Shown piece by piece: positions 9,780 to 19,468 of a stretch of 64,000 nt of DNA. Within the stretch, counting starts at the first letter, position 1, and the number at the start of each line of letters is the position of its first letter. The notes under the pieces were generated by a model. That model had not been told where the DNA came from, ran no database searches, and saw only the letters and a program-made list of their open reading frames with translations. The stretch is from Andalucia godoyi And28 (taxonomy: Eukaryota > Protista > Jakobida). Made by a program: the position numbers and the translations under genes. Location: contig VRVR01000009.1 in NCBI GenBank assembly GCA_009859145.1, positions 148,253 through 212,252 on the forward strand. Direction: 5' to 3'.

Positions 9780-10109
9780 TTCTGTAATGTTGCTTTTCTT
9801 CGCCCTTTCTATCTTATTGTCGCTACTACTACTACAAAGGTTCTATCACGACTGCTATAATGTATCTCGTGCAGATGGGCTGCAACGTAAATCTTTACAA
9901 CCTTCGAAGGGTGATTCGACCAGGCAGCGCGCGATCAAAGCCAGCGTATACGCAGCATGCAGCAAAATATCGCAATCATTTCAGATGGCATTCGGTAACC
10001 CTGCAGGGGTCAGTGCGATGCTCCACAAACAATCACTGCACGTATTCACCAAAGGCATGCGGTGAGCAATATCGGTAAAAACGACACAGCACAACACCAA
10101 CAACTCCTC

Positions 10110-11294
10110 TTACATGTGATACCAACCCTCAATTACCACTACAACCCAAGATCCCAGCAACAACGCACCTCTTGCAAGATCCATGGATGCGTAGTAGGAC
10201 ACATCGCTTTCCAACACAACGGAAGACTTAGATGAGCGATTTGCATATTCAACTTTCTCGACAATTTCCGATAGGGCAATTGTAATGCATAAAGGCACAG
10301 TAAGCAGTAAAATACAAATGCACCATCGCCAGCGGTTCTTGAAGAAATGCATGCAATGCAGAACGATGGTGTTGCAAGCCATCAAAAGGGACATGTAAAT
10401 CATCTGCAATGTGTACGCAATCTTCACAAAGAACACCATGAACGATGCAAAATTCAATGTCCCGTATCGGACCAAGATTGAGAATATAGAAATCCCAGAA
10501 AGGGCTCCCAAAAATAGTACGAGACAGCAAAACAAAAGTCGTGTGCACAATTGCATGATCCGCGGATAAGATTCTACCGGAGTTCCAGTAATCTTATCCA
10601 TATCTGCAGACGAATTGTTATTCATAGACGCTTTGAATTCGTCGTATTGCCCAGCGTCAAACTTGCGGAAATTCCCGTTCACCGGCTGTTCCACAAATAC
10701 TGTATTTTGCTTCCGTGAAAGCGTGAAGGATTCCAGAGGATTGGAACTTCCTGCAGCCATTGTCGAAGATCGGATCGATTCACCAGACATTCCGCCAGAG
10801 CCAGACCCCGTGGCTTTTGCATTCACATTCAGTTGCGGTTCCTTCTCCTCATCCGAGTCGTTCACATGCATGTCCGCGCTGAGCTGTGGATCCGATTGCA
10901 GAGGCAAACTTGCGAGAACTGACACAGGACGCTCCCTTTCATTTCCACGACTCTCTCTCACATCTGCGGAGGCCTTGGCTCGAGGTTGCGCAGAGGGAGT
11001 TTCAGAGTCGTCAGACAGTACATTGCTCTCCGAATTTGGAGTCTCGACAGTTGCTGCGGGTTCCTTGACTACCTTTCTCTTCTTGACAATAATTTTCTTC
11101 CTTCTTGCCGGCTGCGCTTCACCACTAGAATTTTCAGTGATTCGAGGATCTCTATCGACTCGATCTGCGTCCCCACCCGAAGTCGAACTTGTTCCGGACA
11201 CTGGAGCAGCCTGCGGATCCTCTTCAATCGGCGGCAGACGACTCGTTCGCCTCTTTTGCCCTGTATTAGAACTTAGGTTCGAATTCTCCATCAT
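10110..11294 (-). CDS. TMEM237-like ciliary transition-zone membrane protein
   Basis: Long disordered N-terminus, then VFVEQ...F motif and four C-terminal hydrophobic helices (LFLGALSGISIFSI; IAYTLQMIYMSLL), the same layout as TMEM237. Confidence 0.55.
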   Translation of the reverse strand: MMENSNLSSNTGQKRRTSRLPPIEEDPQAAPVSGTSSTSGGDADRVDRDPRITENSSGEAQPARRKKIIVKKRKVVKEPAATVETPNSESNVLSDDSETPSAQPRAKASADVRESRGNERERPVSVLASLPLQSDPQLSADMHVNDSDEEKEPQLNVNAKATGSGSGGMSGESIRSSTMAAGSSNPLESFTLSRKQNTVFVEQPVNGNFRKFDAGQYDEFKASMNNNSSADMDKITGTPVESYPRIMQLCTRLLFCCLVLFLGALSGISIFSILVRYGTLNFASFMVFFVKIAYTLQMIYMSLLMACNTIVLHCMHFFKNRWRWCICILLLTVPLCITIALSEIVEKVEYANRSSKSSVVLESDVSYYASMDLARGALLLGSWVVVVIEGWYHM

Positions 11295-12054
11295 GCTGAA
11301 TTAACTAAAAAGAAGGCAGTATTCAATCAAATCGCCGAGAGAAAAAAATAAATAAAAACGAGACGGGGAAAAAAGAAAAAAGAAAAAAGAAAAAAAGATC
11401 TAAAAGAAAAGAGGATTTGCCAATCTGGAGCTCGTTTCTGAGAGTCTTTCTGGCGTTTTTTTTCCAAAGTGAAATCTCATCAAAGAAAGAATTAGAAATA
11501 ATAATAATAAAAATAATAACAATAACAATAAGAAAAAGAATTCGAAAATCGCCCGATTCTCCCAAACTTAACGACTTTGAACTTGAAATGCTCGACTCCC
11601 GTCCTATTTCTCACACTACGACCTGCTCAATGCTGTCCTCGGATCTTATTCTTTTTCTCTCCTTCCCGCCAGCCGTTCCTATTTGAACTTCGCGAACACG
11701 TTTCATGTGACGAGAATACATGCCTTGACAATCGAGATTAGGTTCTGATTTTGCCTTCTTGCTTGCATGGTTGCGCGTTCAGCAGAACAGCCGGTGTCGT
11801 GCAGGAGCAGTGGACAGCCACGCGCATTGTCAAGACGGGGAGCCATCGCTGCAGACAGTCCTACTGTGAGCACGATGCACATTGACGGCGCCATGGGGTG
11901 GTGATTTCTTGTTATTTCAAGGCAAGAGTTCCCTGTTCTTTACTTTCATCCGGTCGTGGAGAACAACATCATTCGTTATAAATACGCATTGAAATTGGAG
12001 CATAAACACGAAACACAAACATGAACGCAAGCAACAAAACAAGCAGAACACCGC

Positions 12055-15000
12055 CTAGATTTTGAACCGGTCATCCGAAATGTTAGACGGACCATTGAGA
12101 ATACCAATGACGGTCATGTCTTGAATCAGTTCAAAATCATCCGGAATGAGCGAATCTAGAAGCTTGGGGGTAAAAATGAAATATTGCGGATTCAGTCCAT
12201 CGCTCCGACACGATAGAAGGATCTGAACAAACACATTGCGCTCATTGTTCGGATCCATGCCTTGGTTGATCTCGTCGACAACTCGGATCGGCGACAGTGA
12301 CAAGTTCTGCAGCGAAAGAAGGTACAGCATTGTCGACACAGACTTCTCTCCTCCAGATTGTTCGAAGGCAGAAAGAACGTGCAGCTCGTCCATTTTCCGA
12401 AATCCAACTCGCACCTCGACTCTCCACTGATCATAGTCTGCATGCTCAACCAAGGCGACTTCTCCAGCAAAACCCATGCCTTTTGCCAAGTTTCTAAAGG
12501 AAACATCGACTCTTTCGACTGCTCTTCTGAGAGGAACAGACCACCGTCGGCACAATTCTGCAACCTCGGTAAGTTTTCTTGCAACCTGCGTCTTGAAGCT
12601 CTCCACTGACGCTTGTAGTTCCGTTTGTCGAACGACCAATTTTTCGTAGTCCGCAAGAACCGATGAATGCACTAGAATAATGCTGGATTCCGACTCCTTG
12701 GCGGACAGCAGAGTCTCCAAATCAGGAAGAGAAGAGGGAAGTTCATCCAATCGTGCTTGAATTGTTTCCGGAGTCAATGCATGCAAAATACCAGACTCAT
12801 GAAGCAATTCCGATTCCATCTTGTTCGCATCCTCGCTGACACGCCGAACTTCTCGCCGTTTTTCATCAATCTCAGACTGTACCTGTTGGACTTCCTGCTC
12901 CAGTCGACGGTGATCGTCGCGGCTACTCTCAATTGTCTTGACAAACTGCGTCGCACACGCAGTCGCAGATTTCCTCAAGATCGCAGATGATACCCAGTTA
13001 AACAAGCTGTAAGTTGCAGAATCGACAACAGACGATAAACTGCTCATGCTCGAATGATAGATCTGAAATGCATTGGGAATCCTGGCAAGAGCATCCTCCA
13101 TCCTTCTATTAGACAACTCCAGCCTCTGCTCAGCACTCTGCTTCGTTCTCCGGAACTGGGAAATGGAGCGTTGTGTATCACTTACTTCTCGTGTTTCTCT
13201 TACAATGGAATCTCTCTGGGCCTGCAATCTACGCATCGACTCTCTATGATCCGCGATTTGCTGTTCAGCAGAATGACACGACGCTTCCAGATTTTGAATG
13301 TCTTGCTGAAGTGTCGCCTTTTCCCGTTCTTGTTCCGCCGTCTCAATCGGAGATTCTCCAGCAGGTTCTGGATCAAAAATTGTACGACTATTGAGATTCA
13401 CCGTGGACTGCGAAACTGAGTTACTGCCGTATATCGAAGTTCGGAACGACACGTATTGGGTAGGCGTCAAGAAATCGAACGATAAATCGCCCCTGAATCG
13501 CTCGGTATCCCTGCTCCCGGCAGCAATGCGGAACAAACGCCCGTCATCACAAAGAAATGCCTTGACAAGCGGCGGTGCAGAAAACGTTTGGTCCATCCAG
13601 TGAGTCACTCCTTTCGGGTGAAGGGCTGAAATTTTAGCCGGGCGTCTTTCATAGTTGGCAGGGAAAATAGCTTCATCATCTCGCCCAAACGCTTCCAGTC
13701 GGTTCGTGGAAGCGAAAAAGGCATCTTCCTCTTGCGAAAGCTCGCGAAAATACACATCACAATTGAAATGCTGTGCAAGCGCTTCACGCACGATCATATC
13801 CTTATCTGCACGTACGGAACAAACAAAGGCGCCAAACACGGAGGAAGGCAAGACGTTGGACAAGTAAACGCCATGCAAAGGATTGAGACATTGGATCTCG
13901 AGTGGCGTCAGAAACACCTTTCCCACAAGAAGCCTTTTGTTGCGCAAATCATTGACCATGTCAAACACAGACCGCAAAAACGGTTTCCACTGAAACAAGC
14001 TGTTCAATCTTCTCGTCTGTGTGTCTTGTACCTGACGAGCCCGAGACGTAATGATTCCGATTCGACGACGCCTGTCAGACATTCTCTCGCGATTCTGGGT
14101 CACCGTTTCCTGAATGGAGCTGATTTGAGATTCCAAACTGCTGCACTCTTGGCTAATGCTGGCCAGGCGTGACGTAGACTCTTCCATTGTCAATACACTT
14201 TCTGATCGTTGCAACTGCGAGATGCGTGTTTCCAAACGAACGATGTTTTGAGATGCGTTGGTAATTTGTTGGGAGAGTTGTCGAATGGCAGCCTTTTCCG
14301 TTCCAAAGGCTTCTATTGCATTTTCACAATCCACAGCTTTCGTATCCAAGTTTCCTTGCCGGTCCCTGAAGGATACAAGGTCCGCTTCGAGAGCCTTTTC
14401 GCAATCCGAAAACTGCGTAGAAAAAGTACCGGCAAAACCTCGAACACACTCCAATCGATCTTGGAAAGGCCGCTCAGTCTGTCGACAAGATTCAAGATCT
14501 CGTACAAGTTTCTGCCGTTTTCTTCTCAATTCTTGTAAATCATCGGTTGTCTTCAAAACCGACAGCTTGAGAATTCGAAGTTGAATAAGCTTGCAGTCTC
14601 GCAACAAAGACTGCCTATGCAAAAATCGCTCCCGGTCTCGTTCTGCATCCGTCAGCCGCAGTAAGAGTTGTTCTAGTTCCTGGCTTTGCGATGCAAGTCG
14701 ATGTTCCAATTCGTTTGTTTCCTTCTTTTTTGAAATCAAGTTTGCATGAAGTGCTGCATGTGCGTCTCCCATCACAGCAACCTGGGTTACGTCAAGAACC
14801 TCTCTCGGTGAGAGAGAGGCAAATTCTGCAACACGTTCCTGCGGGAGAAATTGAGTCAAGTTAGAAAGTTGAATTCCGTATGACGAAACAACTTCTTTAA
14901 TCTTTTTCTGCGCAACTTTCTCTCCATTCAGCAAGAAAAAATGATCTGGCTTGGATGCGCCTTGTTTTGGAAGCGAGATCTGATGCCGAATTCGCGGACC

Positions 15001-15258
15001 GTCATGCAGCTCAACCTCTACAAAAGCGGAAGATTCCCCCTTTTTCACGTAGTCTTTCATATCGTCAGAGCGGTTCATGAGACTCATTGTACCGTCAAGA
15101 ACAAAGCATATTGCAGCAACAATCGTAGACTTTCCGCAGCCATTAGGCGCCGCAACAAGATTCAATCTCGGACCCGGACAAAAGCTTGCATCATCGTACG
15201 TCATAAAGTTATGGAACGTGACCTTGCGAATTGCTCCGGGGGCGAATTGCGTCTCCAT
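12055..15258 (-). CDS. SMC5: Structural maintenance of chromosomes protein 5
   Basis: GAIRKVTFHNFMTYD, Walker A PNGCGKSTIV, coiled coils, C-terminal QSGGEKSVSTMLYLLSLQ and VVDEINQGMDPNNER typical of Smc5. The start Met is inferred as METQFAPG. Confidence 0.95.
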   Translation of the reverse strand: METQFAPGAIRKVTFHNFMTYDDASFCPGPRLNLVAAPNGCGKSTIVAAICFVLDGTMSLMNRSDDMKDYVKKGESSAFVEVELHDGPRIRHQISLPKQGASKPDHFFLLNGEKVAQKKIKEVVSSYGIQLSNLTQFLPQERVAEFASLSPREVLDVTQVAVMGDAHAALHANLISKKKETNELEHRLASQSQELEQLLLRLTDAERDRERFLHRQSLLRDCKLIQLRILKLSVLKTTDDLQELRRKRQKLVRDLESCRQTERPFQDRLECVRGFAGTFSTQFSDCEKALEADLVSFRDRQGNLDTKAVDCENAIEAFGTEKAAIRQLSQQITNASQNIVRLETRISQLQRSESVLTMEESTSRLASISQECSSLESQISSIQETVTQNRERMSDRRRRIGIITSRARQVQDTQTRRLNSLFQWKPFLRSVFDMVNDLRNKRLLVGKVFLTPLEIQCLNPLHGVYLSNVLPSSVFGAFVCSVRADKDMIVREALAQHFNCDVYFRELSQEEDAFFASTNRLEAFGRDDEAIFPANYERRPAKISALHPKGVTHWMDQTFSAPPLVKAFLCDDGRLFRIAAGSRDTERFRGDLSFDFLTPTQYVSFRTSIYGSNSVSQSTVNLNSRTIFDPEPAGESPIETAEQEREKATLQQDIQNLEASCHSAEQQIADHRESMRRLQAQRDSIVRETREVSDTQRSISQFRRTKQSAEQRLELSNRRMEDALARIPNAFQIYHSSMSSLSSVVDSATYSLFNWVSSAILRKSATACATQFVKTIESSRDDHRRLEQEVQQVQSEIDEKRREVRRVSEDANKMESELLHESGILHALTPETIQARLDELPSSLPDLETLLSAKESESSIILVHSSVLADYEKLVVRQTELQASVESFKTQVARKLTEVAELCRRWSVPLRRAVERVDVSFRNLAKGMGFAGEVALVEHADYDQWRVEVRVGFRKMDELHVLSAFEQSGGEKSVSTMLYLLSLQNLSLSPIRVVDEINQGMDPNNERNVFVQILLSCRSDGLNPQYFIFTPKLLDSLIPDDFELIQDMTVIGILNGPSNISDDRFKI

Positions 15259-15778
15259 TTTCTCAAACAGAAGAATGCAGAGAAGAGCCTCAACAACAAG
15301 AACAACAGCAATGGATCCTGAAAATGGCAAAGCAAACAAAGCAAACAAAGCAACAAAAAAATAAATAAGACAAGCTCAATAAAAAAGCAGAGAAAAGCGA
15401 AAGGACGGAACGGAAGCGAAGCAAAAATACAGAATGAAAAAGAAAAAAAAGAAGAAAGAGAACGTTTACTGGCGGGAAAAAACAAAAGACAAGCATACAA
15501 CGCAAATCACAAAGAGACTGAGTCGGCGACCCGCTCACAGACCTTTGCACTGAAAGCGTGGTCGAGTCTTTTTGGCGGGAATGAGGGGTCGTGTGAGTCA
15601 CGAAAAAACGACCTTTTCCAGCCTTTCTTCCACGCGCGCTCACGGTCGTGTCTCAAAGCAAAAAAAGAAAAAGAAACCTTTTCTTTTGGTTCCCTCCCAT
15701 GCATTCTTGCGATTTCGACATCTTTTTCTCTTGTCACCGACTTTCAGCATTCTCGACGCGGCAAAAAGATATTTACCG

Positions 15779-16720
15779 ATGGCTCCCAAAAGGAACGTGA
15801 AGGATCAGGATTTTGAATCCTCGGACGGTGAAGATCCGACTGCAGCACTCGATCCTGCCGGCTCTGGAGACGAGTCTCTTTCTGACGATGCATACGAAGA
15901 TTCAAGCGAGGAAGAGGAAGTGAAAGTGAAGAAAACCACTCCGAAAGCGTCGAAGCCAGCGGAAACCTCCAAGCCAGCCGCTGCCAAGCCGAAAGCAAAG
16001 GAGGAGAAAGCGGCGGCCCCTGCCAAGAAATCCGACACAAAGAAGTCCTCGGATGCAGATCCGGCGACTGTCATCGCAGATTATCTGTCGTCGACCAACC
16101 GCCCCTACAATGCACAGAACATCTTTGACAATCTGCATGGGTCATTCAAGAAGCCGCAGATTGAAAAGACCTTGAAGGCGTTGCTCGAATCGGGAAAAAT
16201 CAGTTCGAAGGACATTGGCAAAAGCTCCATATACTGGGCCCCCCAGGGTGGCTTGGCAGTGTGCAGCGCGGAAGAAATGGCGGCCATGAACGCCGAGATA
16301 GTGGCGCTGCAGGAAGAGTTTCAGAAAACTGATTTTAAGGCAAAAGAATTACAAAACTTGCAATCAAGCTTGAATGTTGCGTTCGACAACGCCGCACTTG
16401 CCGATGAGATCGCTCGGCTTGAAAAAGAAAACCAAGCGTTTTCCAAGAGACTGGACAACATCGACACGGAGAGCGCTTCATTTGACCCGGAGGCTAAAAA
16501 GAAGATAGATGCCCTATTCTTGTTCGCGCAACAAGAGTACCGAAAACGTCGTCGACTGTGCAAGGAAAGCATCCAAACTGTGTGCGACATGGTAGGAGAA
16601 AAGGCCGATGCACTGATAGAAGATTGGGGCATCGAAACGGACGAGGCTGCCAACTTCATTGCTCCTTCCAGACCATCGCTTTCAGAGGCTCCACCACCAG
16701 CAAAGAGATCCCGAAAATAA
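15779..16720 (+). CDS. HOP2: Meiotic homologous-pairing protein Hop2 (TBPIP/PSMC3IP) with an acidic/Lys-rich N-terminal extension
   Basis: Winged helix IADYLSSTNRPYNAQNIFDNL...GKISSKDIGKSSIYWAPQ, followed by coiled coils and YRKRRRLCKE...LIEDWGIETD. Confidence 0.85.
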   Translation: MAPKRNVKDQDFESSDGEDPTAALDPAGSGDESLSDDAYEDSSEEEEVKVKKTTPKASKPAETSKPAAAKPKAKEEKAAAPAKKSDTKKSSDADPATVIADYLSSTNRPYNAQNIFDNLHGSFKKPQIEKTLKALLESGKISSKDIGKSSIYWAPQGGLAVCSAEEMAAMNAEIVALQEEFQKTDFKAKELQNLQSSLNVAFDNAALADEIARLEKENQAFSKRLDNIDTESASFDPEAKKKIDALFLFAQQEYRKRRRLCKESIQTVCDMVGEKADALIEDWGIETDEAANFIAPSRPSLSEAPPPAKRSRK

Positions 16721-16749
16721 GAGACAATAAAAAAAAAAAAGAACCCTTT

Positions 16750-19119
16750 TCACCGGTTCGCTGACGGTTTCCAAAAGCTGACTGACTTATCGAGAGATCC
16801 GACTGCGAGAACGGGGGATTTCGGCGCCCATCGCACAACGGTAATGGGGGAAGTGTGAACCTGTTCCAGCGACGATGAAGGAAGGACACCAAACGTCGAA
16901 AGATCATACACAATCGGAATGTTGCGGTCATCAACGGTCGCAAAATAACGTGAATCGTGCGACCACGAAATAGGAGAGCCAGAAACATGATCACCACGGA
17001 ACACAGCGACAACCTGCATAGTCTTGTAGGACCATAAGCGCACAGCGTCCTTTCCGGCTGTAGCAAAGTACTCTCCGTTCGGAGAAAATAGGACCTTCGA
17101 AACGGGTGACGGAAACACGAGAACGTTCACAGAAGACCAGGATCGCGAATCGAGGAACAGCACCTTCCTGTCCAATCCAGAGGAAGCAAGGATATTGGAA
17201 GCCGCGTTCAGCTCGTAGCGCCAATCAAGAGACAATATAGCACCCTTATGATAATCAACGAATTGTTTGATACGACCGACACAAGAATCAAATAACACGA
17301 TGCGAGAGTCTCCGCCGCCAGAAACCAGATTGTCGCCGGACCATGCAAGTGCAGCAATGTACGACACATGCGCTTTCAGTTTCTGTGTGTACTTCTGTCT
17401 GGACACATTCCAGATGAACACATACTGGTCGGAGCCACCGGATGCCAACAGTTCGGAAGTGGCATTAAAAACAACTGAGCCGACAGCAAGATTGTGCCCA
17501 ATCAAACTGGTAGAGCTATACTTTGAATCAGAGCCATCAGGTACTGTGCACAGACCCAGTTGGCGTTGTCTGTCATACACAAAACACTCACCAGAAGGCG
17601 CGTATTCCAGAAACTGAGAGGAAGAGCCAGATTCAATTCGAAAATCTTCCCAAAGCCGACCATCATCCGTGCCGCTATCTAGTGAGGAAGTGTTCAAAAC
17701 AGACACGAAAAACCCTCCAGAAACTGCAAGATTCGGGGCTTTTGGGTCCCAAGACAAGCATTTCACGGGGGCCTTGAGATTCACAAACGTACGGACGTGA
17801 TGCAGTGAAAGGGGATCTGAGGCGGAATGCTTGTCAGACACAGCTGTACTCTGATTTGCGGACACGGATGACACGACATCTTGGCAGACTTCGTCCTTGA
17901 CAAAAACAGAGGCGTATGCTGGACCGACATCCATAGGAACCGGAGGTGGTCGCAATGGCAGTCGATTCAATTCTGGATACATATCCCTCAGCATCGCCGA
18001 TCGTCTCTGAATGTCTTTCGCTCTGGCAATCTGCTGAGGGTCAGAATGGGAAATGATCGATCGCGCTCTATATTTTTCGATCTGTATCTGGGTCTTTTGC
18101 CTCGCAACATTCCACAGAGATTCCGAGTCTTCCTGCCGATCCATGTCGGATGCTTCCACAATCGTAGCACGCTGAGGGGGTTTGATTGGAGTGTCTGAAG
18201 TTGAGATCGACTCGAAGACGATTCCTTTAAAGAACGGATGCTCACGAACTTCCTGAGAGAACCCCTTCTCAGCACTGCACCCAAGTCGCTTGCTGATGTC
18301 TGGGCTGAGAAGCTTGTCAATCAAATCTTTAGCATCCGGATGCATATCCCGAGGCCAATACACTTCTCGTGAAACAATTTTTTGATACGTCAAAGTAACA
18401 GAAGAAGCAAAGAACGGAGATGTCCCGACAAGAGCCTCGTAAACCACGCAGCCATATGCCCACCAATCGACTCCAAAATCATACGTTGAGTTCTTCAACA
18501 CTTCTGGGGCAAGGTACTCGGCAGTCCCGCAAAACGTATGAAGTCCGGGTCCTTCAATCTTTTTGGCAATTCCGAAATCAACTAGCTTCAAATGGCCGGT
18601 GCCGTCCAGCAGCAGATTCTCCGGTTTAATGTCGCGGTGTACTACGCCTCGGCTATGGGTATACTCCAGTGCAAGAAGCAACTCCGCTGCATAGAATCGC
18701 ACGACATCCAGCAACGGAATTGTAAACGACGAATCTCGGATATGCGAAAACAACTCTCCACCTGAGACCAGTTCCATGACAAGGTACAGCTTCTTAGAGT
18801 CTGCAAATGTGAAGAACAGTCTAGAAATGTTTGGATGGCTCAAAGTGGACAAGATAGATTTTTCCGACTTCACATATTTTGTCTGCTTTGCACGAATAAG
18901 CTGTTCCTTGCGCAAGATCTTCGCGGCATAAATGCATCCATTGTCCTTCTTCTTGCATAGCCGGACTTGTCCGAAAGCTCCTTCGCCAAGAATCTGTCCA
19001 AACTCAAACTGATCTTTTGAAATGCTCGACACAGAAGCAGTTCTTCCCCGCGAAGACTCTTCTCCCAGCTTTCCATTTCTGGCAGTTCCACTCGGGTTCA
19101 AATCCGGCTCAGGATCCAT
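16750..19119 (-). CDS. AGC-family (PDK1-like) Ser/Thr kinase fused to a C-terminal WD40 propeller
   Basis: FEFGQILGEGAFGQV, HRDIKPENLLL, DFG, TFCGTAEYLAPE kinase motifs. About seven WD40 repeats follow (GHNLAVGSV...ASGGSDQYVFIWN). Confidence 0.88.
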   Translation of the reverse strand: MDPEPDLNPSGTARNGKLGEESSRGRTASVSSISKDQFEFGQILGEGAFGQVRLCKKKDNGCIYAAKILRKEQLIRAKQTKYVKSEKSILSTLSHPNISRLFFTFADSKKLYLVMELVSGGELFSHIRDSSFTIPLLDVVRFYAAELLLALEYTHSRGVVHRDIKPENLLLDGTGHLKLVDFGIAKKIEGPGLHTFCGTAEYLAPEVLKNSTYDFGVDWWAYGCVVYEALVGTSPFFASSVTLTYQKIVSREVYWPRDMHPDAKDLIDKLLSPDISKRLGCSAEKGFSQEVREHPFFKGIVFESISTSDTPIKPPQRATIVEASDMDRQEDSESLWNVARQKTQIQIEKYRARSIISHSDPQQIARAKDIQRRSAMLRDMYPELNRLPLRPPPVPMDVGPAYASVFVKDEVCQDVVSSVSANQSTAVSDKHSASDPLSLHHVRTFVNLKAPVKCLSWDPKAPNLAVSGGFFVSVLNTSSLDSGTDDGRLWEDFRIESGSSSQFLEYAPSGECFVYDRQRQLGLCTVPDGSDSKYSSTSLIGHNLAVGSVVFNATSELLASGGSDQYVFIWNVSRQKYTQKLKAHVSYIAALAWSGDNLVSGGGDSRIVLFDSCVGRIKQFVDYHKGAILSLDWRYELNAASNILASSGLDRKVLFLDSRSWSSVNVLVFPSPVSKVLFSPNGEYFATAGKDAVRLWSYKTMQVVAVFRGDHVSGSPISWSHDSRYFATVDDRNIPIVYDLSTFGVLPSSSLEQVHTSPITVVRWAPKSPVLAVGSLDKSVSFWKPSANR

Positions 19120-19468
19120 TATCCGCCTATGAAATGACAACAGATCAATGAATAACAACAGACTGCAGCGGAAGGAAACAGACACTGGAAAGAGGAAAGA
19201 GGAAAGAGGAAAGAGGAAAGAGGAAAGAGAAAAGAGAAGTGAGAAAGCATGAAGAAGGAAGACGATGGCTTTTTGCATGACGCAGGAATTGAAGAGGGGA
19301 CGGGACTACTATTTTCTTACGACAGACAGACACGCACACTCCCGCACAGAAAAGAGAGAAGACTGTGAAAACAAAAAACCTTTAAAAATAAAATAAAATA
19401 AAAATGATCACAATAAGAGCACACGAATGGCATTTTTGAAACTCCGATGCAGTTGATAACGAGAAACT

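Noticed and set aside
19186-19230. (GAGGAAA)n heptamer run, and similar (TTCGTTC)n near 43940 and (AAAAAGAAA)n near 53610
   Set aside because: Ordinary simple-sequence repeats in spacers; they only create spurious ORF extensions.
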